Assembly (NCBI GenBank): GCA_034780895.1
Contig: JAUZTB010000087.1
Coordinates: 87,203,441 to 87,267,440 of the forward strand
Length of the DNA stretch: 64,000 bases
From: Rhynchobatus australiae
Taxonomy: Eukaryota
Direction of reading: 5' to 3'
The position numbers and the translations under genes are program-made. Position 1 is the stretch's first letter. Every line of letters begins with the position of its first letter. This document shows, piece by piece, positions 40,652-54,078 of this stretch. The notes beneath the pieces were generated by a model. It did not search any database. It was not told where the DNA came from and saw only the letters and a program-made list of their open reading frames with translations.

Positions 40652-40790
40652 AGAACAGAAAATGCTGGCTGGAAATGTGAAATGTTAATCTTGTTTCTCA
40701 CTCCATTGATGCTGCCTGACTTGCTGAGTGTTTCCAGAATTTTTCTTTTTTATTTCAGATTTCCAGCATCTGCAGTTTTATTTTGATTTC
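40652..40790. repeat. Penelope-like palindromic short repeat
   Basis: aacagaaaatgctgg ... gatgctgcctgacttgctgagtgtttccagaattttt...ttcagatttccagcatctgcag. Confidence 0.6.
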
Positions 40791-41045
40791 CATTCCCTTG
40801 TGATTTGGCCTGCTTGACCCAAATGTTGACTTGAAGCTTTACCTTAAAAAAAACTTGAGGCACACTAGGAGTGGAGAGGAATACAGGGACACTGGCACCT
40901 CCCACTAAAGTAGATGAAAAAGAGCAGAGAGACAGGTGAGGTTTTTTGAAGATAGACTTGATTAGACTTTCAGGTTTTTTAGCTCAAATTTTTTCTGTTA
41001 AATATTTTTAAATTCTTAAAAATTTAAAAAAAAAAATTATTTAAA

Positions 41046-41126
41046 GCGTGGTAACAGGCCCTTTCGGCCCAACGAGTCCGCGCCGCCCATTTTAAACCCT
41101 CATGTTAACCTACCCGTAAGTCTTTG
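41046..41126 (-). mobile_element. Short, young SINE 3' fragment
   Basis: gcgtggtaacaggccctttcggcccaacgagtccgcgccgccc, with CpGs retained. Confidence 0.6.
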
Positions 41127-42129
41127 AAATATATGCAACTTAACCAAATTGAGGGGAAAATACTTTGGGGGAGGGGGTGGTGGTAAACTTTTAGCCCAGT
41201 TATGAATCACTTCATCTTACGGTAGATGATGGTTTCAATTTCTTATCATGGTTTCATTTGAATCACCACAGTTGAAAGAAGGGAAGGCCTGAAACAAACC
41301 ATCGGAGCAAACGACAGGAAATGATTACCACCGGGAGTTCACCTTGCTGGCCACAACCTTTCACTAATTTGCTAATTCATACTATCCAGCTTTCTGAAAA
41401 TTGCTCTTATTGCATTTAATGACTGTTGGTGCTTCCAGGGATTTATGGGGCCATTCCATCACAGGGGAATTCACTGAAAACTGAGAAGGGGAAATCTTTC
41501 CAACCTACTTAATTTTTTCCCAGAAAATACCTATTTTTCCATAAAGGGAAAAAGTTATGACAGTATAATGATTAAGGAGGCGGCCTGAAACTTATTTAAT
41601 ACCACATTAAATCATTATAACAATACAGCAACTCCCAATTTCTCTTGAACAACGTGCCAATAGTAAAGAATAGCAGATGATTTACTGGATGTAGAAGAGG
41701 TGTGGGTTGGTGTTAAGCACGTGGATCCACACTGCTGATTGGATGGCCTGCATCCTTGGGGGGTCATACCCACTTCCCTTCTGCCTTGTTCCTAGTCCAT
41801 GGCAACTACCTTCAATATGCAGATTTTCCGAGCTCCTCCTGCAACTCCACACCCCACTTTCCTTATCTCTTCCTACCTTCTACTCTCCTGCAGTAGACGT
41901 TTGTCTGTCCTCCAGAACGAACTTTTGTTTCTGATCATCATCTTGCCTCATTCCTCCCCACCAGCCAATCACAGATGTTTCTTTTTGAGCTTGCCCCATC
42001 TTCCACTTCTCAGTAATTCTGTAAGTGCTTGAGAGCTATTTACATGATGCTGCTAGATGTGATGATAGGTCATTGGCCTGGAGATAACTTTGCTTCCCTC
42101 TCTACAGATGCAGGTTTACCATTTTTATT

Positions 42130-42950
42130 CCATCACTACAAGATATAGTCATTGTTGGCAAGACCATCCCAAAATGCCTTCTTCAGTTGCTGGTGTCCTT
42201 CTGGTGAAGTATTCCCAAAGTGCTGTTGGGTTGGGAAATTCCAGAATTTAGATCCAGCAATAACGAAGGGCTGGTGATATATTTTCAGGACATGATGGTG
42301 TGCAACTTGGAGGGGAACCTGCAGGTAGTGGTTGTAGAGTCATAGAGTTATACAGCACGGAAACAGGCCCTTTGGCCCAACTTGTCCGTGCCGACCAAGA
42401 TATCTACCTGAGCTAGTCCATCCCATTTTCCTGTGTTTGGCTCATATCCCTCTAAATCCTTCCTATTGACATGCCTGTCTAAATGTCTTATAAACATTGT
42501 TATTGTACCCCCTCTACAGATTCCACTGGCAGCTTGTTCCATTTTACTGACCACCCTCTGTGCGAAAAAGTTGCACCTTAGGTCCCTTTTAAATCTTTCC
42601 GCTCTCACTTTAAACCTATGCCCTCTAGTTTTAGGCTCTCCTCCTTGGGAAAAAGACTGTGACCACCACCTTATCTACACCCCTTATGATTTTATATAGC
42701 TCTACAAGGTCACCCTTTAACCACCTATGCTCCAGGGGAAAGAAGTCCCAACCTATCCAGCCTTTCCTTACAGCTCGAGCCCTCTCAGTCCTGGTAACGT
42801 CCTTGTGAATCTTTTTTGCATCCTTTCTAGCTTAAGGACATCCTTCCTGTAGCTGGGTGACCAGATGTGCCCATGTGCCTACTGTCCTTGTCCCTCTTGG
42901 GTTTAGAGGTTAGTAGACTTTTGAGGCGATGTTGCAGAAATTTTGGCAAG
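42130..42950 (-). mobile_element. Older LINE 3' fragment (42130-42332, 42866-42950) interrupted by CR1 (42335-42865)
   Basis: CR1 ORF 42348-42608 RFKRDLRCNFFAQRVV...RHLDRHVNRKDLEGY. Host flanks (gcaggtagtggt | tgtgcccatgtgcc) read as one continuous repeat. Confidence 0.75.
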
Positions 42951-43099
42951 TACAATGAAATCCACAATTTAGCCCTCTTGATTCTTTGACTTCTGGACCT
43001 TCAGAAAGCATCTCCCACCTGGCTCCAGTGTAGTCTTCTTCTAAATTGATAACACAGGGTTCATTGGTTTTTAACTGCATTTCCTTGAGATTGCTGGAT

Positions 43100-43730
43100 T
43101 GCTTCGAGGGGGAATTTCACACTGCTCCAGTCAAGTTGAAATATCATGTGTTGCCCTTGCATCGATGGCTTGGTGTAGACACATGTTACTTGTGTTTCTT
43201 CTATAGAACTAACCTCATTTTGCATCAGCTGTATTATGTTTAATGGGTACTCTGAAGCTAATGCTGTTCAGTTCATTGATGGCCCTTGGAAACTTAAAGG
43301 AGGGTTTGCCAGATCTGGTGTCACTGAGGTGCTGGTCACAGACAACTCACAGCAGACAATTTTGTGAGATTTTCTAAGGACTAGTAGTTTGCCAAAAAAT
43401 ATTATCACCTCGTTTGGCACAGATTAAAAGAAAGTGGCCAAGAAACTAGAGAAGGCTGCTAAATCATCACAATCAGAATCCTATTTGAGCATCCCATCCT
43501 ACCACAAAACCCCATCCCAAGGATTGAAGAGTAAACTTATGAGTAGATCAGCTAGAATTCCACAAGAATTCCACTCCCAATTACAGAAAGGCTACTAGCA
43601 GCAGAAGTGCAAAGAGACAACTAGAGGCAACCAGAAGAAGACATGCTCACTAATAAAGAAAGGTGTCAAAAACTTGCCTTTGATAACAGTTGGAGACCAA
43701 GTGAGGATGAAGCCCACATCACACTGAACA
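43100..43730 (+). mobile_element. Ty3/Gypsy LTR retrotransposon integrase remnant
   Basis: ~43290-43355 translates KLKGGFARSGVTEVLVTDNSQQ (cf. LKxIFARHGIPExLVxDNGPQF). Upstream LPLHRWLGVD, downstream GDQVRM. Confidence 0.6.
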
Positions 43731-44389
43731 TGCCAGANNNNNNNNNNNNNNNNNNNNCACCACATTGCAGATGGCCCTTTATCTTTATATGCATTTGGCA
43801 TTTATCATTCTGCCTCAGAGAATTTTAAAATGATTGGAGCAGCAGAGAATTTTAAAGTACCACTGTGTTAGAAATTGGTCTGCATTGTACACATATGTTA
43901 AGTGTTAATATCTGTACAAAGCTTACCAATTTAGCATTGCCTTATGGTTGATTCCTGGTATTAAACCTGTGAGGACTTTTTTTAAGACATGTCTTAGGAA
44001 CATACCTAAGAATGAAAAGCGATAGACTAGCACCTGTTAAAAAAGCTATTAACATTTGCCAGAAACAAATAAGGCAAAAGTTTGGCCATCCTTGTTCAGG
44101 ACTCCTAAGTGGTTCTGACAAGTACTAACCAGAGGTAAATGATAAGAAGAAACCCTTTCCTTGCAACAGACCCTCCCCAGTTCATCTATGTGGAAATCTC
44201 TTGGGAAAATAAGATTCCTTCAGACTCTGTAGGCACTAATCTTAATTTGTATCAATTAAATTAGATATTTAATCCCAACATTTGTACAGNNNNNNNNNNN
44301 NNNNNNNNNNNNNNNNNNNNNNNNNNNNNNNNNNNNNNNNNNNNNNNNNNNNNNNNNNNNNNNNNNNNNNNNNNNNNNNNNNNNNNNNN

Positions 44390-45032
44390 CCCAACATTTG
44401 TACAGATATTAACACTTAACATATGTTCCAGGGAAAGAACATCACCAATAGCTTGTCCTAGTCCAAGCAAGTAGACGCCACAGCCAAGAAAGCTCACCAG
44501 CGCCCCTACTTCCTCAGAAGGCTAAAGAAATTTGGCATGTTCCCTTTGATACTCACCAAGCTTTATCAATGCACCATAGAAAGCATCCTATCTGGATCCA
44601 TCATGGCTTAGTATGGCAACTGCTCTGCCCAGGACTGCAAGAAACTGCAGAGAGTTGTGGACTCTATACTTCTCGCTACCTCGGTAGAGCAACCAGCATA
44701 ATCAAAGACCCCACCCACCTAGGCCATTCTGTCTTCTCCCCTCTTCCATCAGGTAGAAGATATAAAAGCCTGAAAGCACATACCGCCAGGCTCAAGGACA
44801 GCTTCTATCCTGCTGTTATAGACTATTGAACGGTTCCCTAGTATGATAAGATGGACTCTTGACCTCACAATCTACCTTTATTATGACCTGTAGCTGTGAC
44901 ACTTTACTCTTCATTCTGTGTTGTTTTACCCTGTAAAACCCCAATGCACTGTGTAATGAACTGATCTGTATGAACGGTATGCAAGACAAGCTTTTCACTG
45001 TACCTTGGTACAATTGACAATAATAAACCAAT
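44390..45032 (+). mobile_element. Rex1/Babar LINE 3' fragment
   Basis: gccaagaaagctcaccagcgcc...tgcaccatagaaagcatcct. ORF end SPLPSGRRYKSLKAHTARLKDSFYPAVI. Tail acaataataaacc. Confidence 0.88.
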
Positions 45033-45214
45033 TCCAAAGCAGAATTTTTACAAAAAAATACTAATTTCACAAGAATGTAAAAGTAGTTACCAATCAAACA
45101 TCCAGTGAGTTGTTTATGGAAAGTGAAAGCACCTGGAGATGGTATCAATGGATTAAAGCATGCAGAGTATTAATGGATCAAATCTTATATGTTGCTCATT
45201 TTTGATAATGAACC

Positions 45215-46130
45215 ATAGAGTTATGTAGCACGAAAACAAGTCCTTTGGCCCAATTTGTCCATGCTGACCAAAATACTTATTTAAGCTANNNNNNNNNNNN
45301 NNNNNNNNNNNNNNNNNNNNNNNNNNNNNNNNNNNNNNNNNNNNNNNNNNNNNNNNNNNNNNNNNNNNNNNNNNNNNNNNNNNNNNNNCCCAATTTGTCC
45401 ATGCTGACCAAAATACTTATTTAAGCTAGTCTCATTTGCCTGCTTTTAGCCCATCTAAAGTTTAGATATCTCTCTAAACCATTCCTATCCATGTACCTGT
45501 CCAAATGTAGTTTAAACATTGTAATTGTACCTGCCTCTACCACTTGCTCTGGCAGCTCATTCCATATATCCACCACTGTGTGAAAAGATTGCCCCACAGA
45601 TCCCTTTTAAATTTTTCCCCTTTCCTATGTCCTCTAATTTTAGTCTCCCCTACCCTGGGAAAAAAGACTGACTTTCTATCCTATCTATGTCTCTTATGGT
45701 TTAATAAACCTCTATATGGTCGCGTCTCAGCTTCCTTTGTTCCATGGAAAACAGTCCCAACCTGTCCAATCTCTCCTAACTGAAGCCCTCCAATATTTTC
45801 TGCGTCCTCTCTCCCATAACCATATCCTTCCTGTAGTGTGGTGACCAGAGCTGCACACAGTACTCCAAATGTGGTCTAACCAATGTTTTGTACAATTGTA
45901 ACATGATGTCCCAACTCTTGTAATCTATGCCACAGCCAATGAAGGCAAGCATGCCATATCACTCTGTCAATCTGTGTTGCCACTATCAGGGAACTATGTC
46001 CCTGTTCCCTGAAGTCTCTCTGTTCAACAACACTCTTCAGAGCCCTTCCATTTACTGTGGGTGTCCTACCCTGGTTTAAATTCCCAAAATGCAACATTTT
46101 GCACGTGTCTGTGTTAAATTCCATCTGCAG
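45215..46130 (-). mobile_element. CR1 LINE 3' fragment
   Basis: ORF 45876-46124 MEFNTDTCKMLHFG...VNGRALKSVVEQRD. Confidence 0.88.
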
Positions 46131-47299
46131 TTCTTCCGCTGTTGCTTAGTTTGTGTAGGACCACTGCCATCAGAAACATGCCCTCCGTAATGCTGCCAGT
46201 TAATCTGGTAAAGTTGCCTAAAATCATCCCATAATCTCAAGGAGTTGTTATAACAATGGACTTTGGAGCTTCTCACATAATTCTAAGACGATGTGACGGT
46301 GCCTGGTCTTTGTAGAGCTGAGTCTCTTCTTAAGTATTACATTTATTAGTGTATGTAGTAAACAGTAAAGAAATAACACAGATATTTGAATCTGGAAAGG
46401 CTTCCATGCCTGCCCTGTCTGCTTTGGATCATTGTCACGTTTTCAACCACTAATCTCCGTTATCATCTCCTGCCAGCACTAACTCCATATTTTTATACCT
46501 AATTATTAATTTAAGATGCCCTTTTCCATCATTATTTAGGTAAAATGCTCACAAATCTCTGGTGCATTAATGGAATGATGAAAACTAGGATAATTTAAGC
46601 AAAGATTAAAAATACATCAAATGGAGCCAGGAGTAGGTCACACAGCCCCTGGGGTCTGCTTGGCCATTCAATAAGGCCATTCCCATGGGACAAGTCCATT
46701 TTACTGAGGTCACACAGCACTCCAGCAATCAGTCCTCCAGCAGAACATTACACAAGGGTTCCATGCAATATTAAATGATTGCTGGCTCTCAGGAGGGCAG
46801 CTATTTCCACTCTAATGTTGCTTTAGTCAGCAAACTTGGACATTGTGAGACAATGCAGCAAACTAGGTCATTGTGAGAGAGTGCAGCTTGAAGGCAGGCT
46901 GACAGTGGTCACTCTTCATGGTCATCTACAACCATCTGCTCTGCAAGGGACCCACCATCTCCTGCATGGCTGCTGCACTGGAAGGGAACTGCACAAAAGT
47001 ACTGTGGTTTGCAAAGGCGATTCCAAGAGGGGTACAAAGGGAATTAACAAGAGAAACTAGTCAATTACTCAATGTTTTTCATTTTAATACATTTTGATTG
47101 GTTTTACATACTGTTTGGCACATTAATTTTCTTGGTTCTAGCTTTCATGATTTACACAGAAACTGACACTGAGATGATCAGTAATGAAGAGATGTTGGCA
47201 TGGGAACAATCACCATGGAGATTTAGGTTTCTCTTCATTCATTATCACAAACAGGTGGAGGATGTTACTGGGGTGGGGGGGGGGAAGCATTATTACTCC

Positions 47300-48010
47300 T
47301 ATGCCTAAGTACTGTTGAGGGTATGATATCCTTCTTTTCTGACCTGTTGCAGTGCTGTGTGAAGGGATCTCTGGCATTGTTATCATGGGAGCAGTTTCAA
47401 TATCATAAATGCTGACACTCAGGAAAGGAAAAATACATTTCCGAGTCTGGAAGTTGTTTGTCTTGGAGTTCACATTGTAGGTGTTAATGTACCCAAGCTC
47501 AGCTGTCCTCATCTTCCAGATGGTACAAGTTATGGCTGCAACGGTAATCGGGAGGAAGCTTTGATAAGTAGCTGGCATCCTTTTGGTATATGAAGCGTAC
47601 TGAAGGCATTTCATCAGTGCTGGACTGTAGTGTAAGCTCAAGTTATCTAATGAGATCAGCAAAGCAGTGAGCAGCTTTGCATCAATTGAAGAGCTTTCTT
47701 CAGTGTTTTTGGAGTTATGGGGAGCTTACTTTGTAATTCTGAGTGAAAGGTAGAACACCCTCACAAAATAAGGAGTTGGGCAACTCACTATCTCTGTCAA
47801 GATCAAGATGTGCCTGGTCCATGTCATTTTCTGGTAAGTGTTAATTCCCAGGATAATGGTGTTGTGTAAGTGGGAGTTGGTAATACTAATGAAGTCAGGG
47901 GGAAGTGGTGAGACTTTCAATTGATGCAGTTGTTCATCGTCAGGCATTGGTCTGGTCTAATGGTACCTTTGCTTCATCATTCCACATCCGAATTGTGGCA
48001 AGATCTTGCT
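47300..48010 (-). mobile_element. Old CR1/L2-related LINE 3' fragment
   Basis: TIILGINTYQKMTWTRHI resembles the RT thumb motif (LGVTIDxKLxWxxHI). Related to the 42130 host family. Confidence 0.5.
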
Positions 48011-49439
48011 GTATCTAATCACAGACTGCATCTCTGTTTGTGCTCTCAACTGCTATGTTGGGAAACCCAGTGAACCTTCAAATCATAAGGCATACACTGA
48101 CACAACTTCCTACCACCTTCTTCCTCCTTCTACATCGTAGGTAATGGCTGTGGCATGATTGTCAAAGAGTGCAGCAGACAGCAAATGATGATGAAGGAGA
48201 CTCTTTGGAGAAGATTGCAGGGTACATCTGTACTCCAGAAATCATATCTTGAGGACCCCATAGACCTAAGCTCATTATACCTGTCGTCAGAATTGTGGTT
48301 TCCTGTTTGACTGGGTGCCTGGGCTGGACTGAAGAGGCAAGGATGTAGATTTGGTTTCCCTGGAGTCATCTGTCTGTCAGGTGTGGTAGATAAAATACAG
48401 AGGACGCAGTGCCTTAGAATGAATGAATAATTCAAGTTTGTGGATGTAAAGTGTTTACAGAGTATTTTTGAATGTTGATTTCACAGTGAGGATATTCAGG
48501 AAATGATCAGCTTTGTAGACGATGAGAGCTCTGGGTTGGTGTGCGGAGCTCAGGAATTGGTCATTACTCCCTGTGGCTATCCATTTACTTCCTATGGTTG
48601 CTGACTCAACTTTGCTCCACTCATCCATCAGAATTCCTTTCATATCCTTCACTATATTGGTTGCGTGCTCTTCACATTCCACAAACCAGTCTGTGGCATC
48701 TCTTGGCTCCTTTTAGCTGTTCACTAAAGCAAGTAACAAGGATACAGCTACTAACAAAACATCTTTCATTGAAGGCAGTCACCACTCAACAGCAGTGAGT
48801 GGTACAACCATGCATCAGCAGTCACACTACATGGTACACACAGTTTTTAAGGATACAATCACATTTATTTCTACATTGCTTCCTCTTAAAAAGAAACAAG
48901 GCCATTCAAGTGTCAAAATATTAAATTATATAAATAAAATTTACATAGTAAAGTTATTAACTAATTGTTTACTGAGACGTGTATATGCTTGTCATGTAAA
49001 TCCAATTACAAACCCTATCTGATAAGACAAACATAATGTCTCTACTGTATCCATTCCAGACACTGTTACTTCTCCAAACAAGCTTCACACATACTAATTT
49101 TGCATTCCATACCTTAATTGCCTACTTGAATACGACCATCAACACAATGTATATTTTCTAAACATGAACTGTAATATTAAACTTAACACAGTTAAATTAG
49201 ACATTGTTTCCAGTATACTACTAGATAACATAACCTTAACAATATTATTTTCTACTTTGATCCCTTCTTTAGGCTACTCATCAACCTCTGTTCTTACTCA
49301 CTCTCTTGTGGACAGAAGGAAAAGGCTATTCAGCCTATCGGGTCCAGTACACCAATCCCAACAGCCTCTTCCCATTTTACCTTTATGCTCTGCAGTTTAT
49401 TCTCTCTCATGTGACCATCAACTCTTCTAAAATTATTTT

Positions 49440-49725
49440 TGCCTCTTAAGGGGTAACTTACAATAGTCAAGTGATCTATGGGACGTGGGAGGAAAATGGA
49501 GCACCCAGCAGAAACCCATGTGATCACATCAATGATGAAAAAAAATCCTATTCNNNNNNNNNNNNNNNNNNNNNNNNNNNNNNNNNNNNNNNNNNNNNNN
49601 NNNNNNNNNNNNNNNNNNNNNNNNNNNNNNNNNNNNNNNNNNNNNNNNNNNNNGACAAGGTTGGGACTAAACCCAAGTCCCTGGAGCTGTGAACTAGCAG
49701 CAACAACTGCTGTATCACTATGTCA
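49440..49725 (-). mobile_element. HE1/V-SINE-like SINE (gap inside)
   Basis: gggacgtgggaggaaaatggagcacccagcagaaacccatgtgatcac...ccctggagctgtga. Confidence 0.75.
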
Positions 49726-50264
49726 CCCCTTGACTTTACCTGACCTTGACTTATTGTGGACACTGAACCTTTGCTCTTTCCTGATGAATCAGTTGAAGTT
49801 AGATAGGCATCACCTCTGACCTCCTCTCTTTGAATTACTTCCAATGTTTGCACTTTGGCCATGACCTTTTTCAACCTCTCTTGATGCACTTTGAACTCAC
49901 TACATTGAGCTGACATCACTAGGGAGAATATAACATCACTCACAGGATTTTTGAAATTTTTCAAGTCATTCACCTGACGACACTCGATTCAATTGGAGCT
50001 TGGTTCAATCACTTTCATTTCTCTGCAAACAACAAAATTGCTGCAGATACACTCATTCCCAAGACTAATGCAGTGTCATCCTTGAAAATGGTATACATCT
50101 TACGTGACTTCACCATTGAATTTCATGCTCTTTTTGCCTGTTTTCATGCCTGTAGATCCTGCAATCACTCTTCTGCATAGCTCACCTGTTCCACCCTGCT
50201 TGCCCCTCCTATAAAATGATCAATTTCCCCCAAGCTTCACCCACATTTCTCACCAATACACTAG

Positions 50265-50580
50265 AGTATAAGAAATAGGAGCAGGAGGATCTCAACCTTG
50301 AATATATTCAGTGACTGCCTCCACACCTCTCTGAGGTAAAGAATTTCAAAGGGTCAAGATCCTCTGAGAGAAGAAGTTCTCCCTCACTACCACCTCAATT
50401 AGTCTACCTGTTATTGTTAAACTATGCTTCCTAGATCTAGATTTCCACACAAGGGGAAACATCCCCTTTCCTTCTACCCAGTCAAGCCCCTCAGATTTCT
50501 TTATTTTTCACAAAGGTCAAGGTTAAACTTGCGCAAGCTCAGCCTGAACAACTAATAAGACAATCCCTTCATTCTCGGAA
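50265..50580 (-). mobile_element. Old CR1 3' fragment
   Basis: ataagaaataggagcagga...ccttgaatatattcagtgact...aaagaatttcaaag...gagagaagaagttctccctc. Confidence 0.65.
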
Positions 50581-51109
50581 TTAATGTGGTCTCAGGTTCT
50601 TCACTAAGCAGTGGATCATCACTGATGATCTGAGCTGCCTCTATTACTAGCTGCTTCTTTGAATTCACTCACCCTGAACTCCTTTAGCTTCCCCTCCGTA
50701 TTCTCTAATTCGTATTTACAATGGTGAAGTCTTTGACTTTGTCATTCTTCCAACTGCACTTTCTTCTACACCATCCCTGAAAAATCATCTTCCTTCAACT
50801 TATTCACTGTTCTCAACTGCTTCTTCTTTGAACCCATCTCCATTACCGAAAAACCTATGTAGCTGCCCATTACTTGATTAATATTTCACCTCCCTCTTTT
50901 GATGTGCTTGTGCCTTGGAAACCTTGCACAATGGCACTTCCTATTCAGAATTCAGTAGATCTTTCACATTTTCATATGTTTCTCATAACCTGTGATCATT
51001 TGGCCCATTCAGTCTGTGCTAGTCTCAGACCAATCCTGCTCTCCCACCTATTTCCAGGTAACCTGTTCTCCCTCACATACACGTCATCTCCACCCCAATT
51101 CTCCTACTA

Positions 51110-51300
51110 TCTCCCTAGGGAAAATTTACAGTGGCCAATGAACCTACCAACAGCACACCTTTCGGGTGTGGGTGTAATTCAAAGTACCTAAAGGGCATCC
51201 ATTCAGTCACAGGGAGAATATGCAATCTCTGCACAGACAGTACCCAAGGTCAGGATTGAACTGGGATCTCTGGAGCTGTGAAGGAGCAGTACTGCCCTGC
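51110..51300 (-). mobile_element. HE1/V-SINE-like SINE
   Basis: aatttacagtggccaat...cagtcacagggagaatatgcaatctctgcacagac...ggattgaactggg. Confidence 0.75.
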
Positions 51301-51919
51301 TACAATTAGTTCAGCAGCCCATCAACACATCATCCCCTAGAGGAGCTCAGTCTTCTTTGCCAAAACAGTTGAAAAGAATAAATGATGCAGCTTGTTTTCA
51401 TTACTAACACCCTCTTTAGAAACCCTTCTTTCCCAGGCTTTGATTCCCAAATCTAACAGGTGCCTTAGCTCATTAGCTCCCTAGGACACCTAAATAAACA
51501 ATGTTGATGTCACCCACCCTTCTCTGAGGATGACTGCATTGAGAGCCTGCCATGACTCATATTTGATTCAGTGGTGTCCATAATAATTGAGTAACCCATC
51601 CTCCTCCAAAGCTTCTCCCCAGCTGTTTAGCTTGATCCCACCCTGAGCTACCTGACCATAACGTGACCACACTCAACAATATCTTTGTTAGTTTTTATCA
51701 TATTGGAAGTTCATCTGTTCATGTCCCTCCAAAACTCTGGCAACAGGCTGAGTAACCGACTAACCAATAGCCTGTCTGTTGAACAGATCTGTAAAGTTGC
51801 CCCTGTGTCAGGCCATTTAACACTGATGCCCAAAGTCCATTCCATTGTTTTCTCTATGTGATAATTCTTTAAGAAACAGGGAATAGAAATTGATTTGTCT
51901 GTTACTTTGATGCACTAAA

Positions 51920-52925
51920 AGGTGCAACTATTAGAGCTGCTGTCTCACTGGTCCAGTGACCCGGGTTTAATCCAGCACACTCTGAGTGGAGTTTGCACAT
52001 TCTCCCTATGATCGCATGGGTTTCCTCCAGGTGCTCCCACATCCCATGTGGGGAGAAACAAAACTGACTTGAGGAAACAGGGCAGAGTACATACCCTGTC
52101 TGTACAAATGGTGCTGAGGTGAGATGGTTGAGAACTACAAGCTCCTAGGTGTAAAGTCACCTGTCCTGCTCCAACCATGTAAATGCTATAGCCAGGAAAG
52201 CACACCAGCACCTTTACTTCCTCAGAACACTAAGGAAATTTGGTATGGCCCTGGTGACCGTCACCAGTTTTTACAGATGCACCATAGAAAGCATCCTATC
52301 CGGATGCATCACAGCTTGGTATGGCAACTACTCTGCCTAAGACCACAAGAAATTGCACAAAGTTGTGAACACAGCCCAGTCTTTCACGAAAACCAGCCTC
52401 CTGTCTGTTGACTCTGTCTGCACTTTCCATTGCCTGGAGGAAGCAGCCAACATAATCAAAGGACCCTTTCACCCCAGTCATTCTCTCTACTCCTCCCTTC
52501 TATAGGGCAGAAGATTCAGAAAGAAAAACTCGTGCCACCAGGATCAAGGACATCTTCTATCCCACTGCTCTAAGATCCTTGAATGGACCTCTTGTACGAT
52601 AAAGGTGAACTCTTGATCTCACAATCTACCTCACCATGGCATTTTCACCTTATTTGCCTACCTGCACTGCACTTTCCCTGTAACTCTAACATTACATTCT
52701 GCATTGTTATTGTTTTCCTTCTGTACTACCTCGATGTACTTATGTTTGGAATGATCTGTCTGAATGGCATGCAAAACAAAGCTTTCCCCTGTACCTTGGT
52801 AGGTGTGACAATAATAAACCCATTATCAATGAGATGATTACAAGATTAGTGCAAATTGTGCTTGAAGGTTGGTGCAGACTTTATGGGCTGAAGGGCCCAT
52901 TTCATAGCTGTATGATTCCATGACT
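51920..52925 (+). mobile_element. SINE (51920-52050, 52840-52925) split by a Rex1/Babar 3' fragment (~52055-52820)
   Basis: SINE core ends at ctcccacatccc, Rex1 sequence follows (gcaccatagaaagcatcct...gtgacaataataaacc), then SINE tail atgggctgaagggccc. Confidence 0.8.
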
Positions 52926-54062
52926 AAATGTGTACTGCGGTGAGCACAAATATCAAATCTGAGTTTATCAAAAAAAATTGCGGAATTGGAACATCCTTGA
53001 TTTAAGAAGGGGTCAGTGGGATTTGCATGCATTAAACAAAGGTAAATGGCAACCTTTACTTTTTACGCAGACCACTGCTTGCTGGGCTAATTGCAGCGAT
53101 AACTGTGCACTGAGCAGGTCAATGCTAATTAAAGAGCTCGCTCCATGGCAACCACACAGGCTGCCACGGGTTGGGAAGAGAAGGTTAAGAAGGCTGGGAA
53201 ATAGAGTGGGAGGACAGGTAATCAAGGTGAGGATTGAAAATTGGGGAGGGAGGACATTGAGCTGGATGGGAATGGGGTGGGGGGAGGGATGGGGGATTTT
53301 CCAATGGTGCATCATAGAAGTAATGGTTGGACAGAGGGGACCAAGAACCATGATCCTGAGGAGGGGGCAGGGTGCTGGGAATTGTGTCTGGGGCGGTGGA
53401 GACCAAGGAATGAGCGCAGCAATTACACCAGGGATGAGTTGGGAGCTGTGATCCCACTTCTTCCCTCATTTTTATTTAAATGAAATTTAGTTGAAATTGC
53501 GTCTGCATCATTAAATATAAATGAGTCATCCCACTGCAGTCCCTTTAAATCTTACGGGTGTCACTACTTTCCACATGATGTACTCCTTGTTGAACTGCGC
53601 TAAAAATACATTATAAATCTTTGCTCAATTTAGTACAATTTCTGCCATTCAATAAATTAAATGTACTGCCCGAGTTGATTCCATCTTTATGTGCATGAAA
53701 TGAGGTGAGGAAGAAAGCAGGCATGTGGCACTCGTAGAAGATAGCTATAATTGTATTGAATGGTGGAACAGGCTTGAAGAGCCAAATGACTCAATTTGCT
53801 GTTCCTATGTTTCGATGTTCTTAAAAGTTTCTATATTCCTAAATGTAATGGAGAAATTACATTGGCATTGGCTGAATCACACCAGGAAGTATCTGATCCA
53901 GCTTCCTGATGGCTGGACTTTCAACAGCAAGTGTGAGCTAACACTGTAAAACATGGCATGCTATGTGCTATTAGCACGTAAAACAAGGCACAACTGGATT
54001 TTCTCTATTCCAGTCTCTAGTCAAACATTCCTGTGAGAGGTGTTGTGATTGTATTGTTAGCA

Positions 54063-54078
54063 ACTCCCTCTAGTGGTC
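54063..54078 (-). promoter_or_regulatory. CTCF-like motif
   Basis: Minus strand GACCACTAGAGGGAGT is close to the CTCF core CCACTAGAGGGCGC. Confidence 0.5.

Noticed and set aside
51625-51645. Third W-x-Q-A match on the minus strand (GWDQAKQ)
   Set aside because: Lacks the preceding V-[LM] and the stop two codons later, with no promoter context; chance match.
52978-53483. Overlapping G/W- and P-rich ORFs
   Set aside because: Product of a G-rich low-complexity tract.
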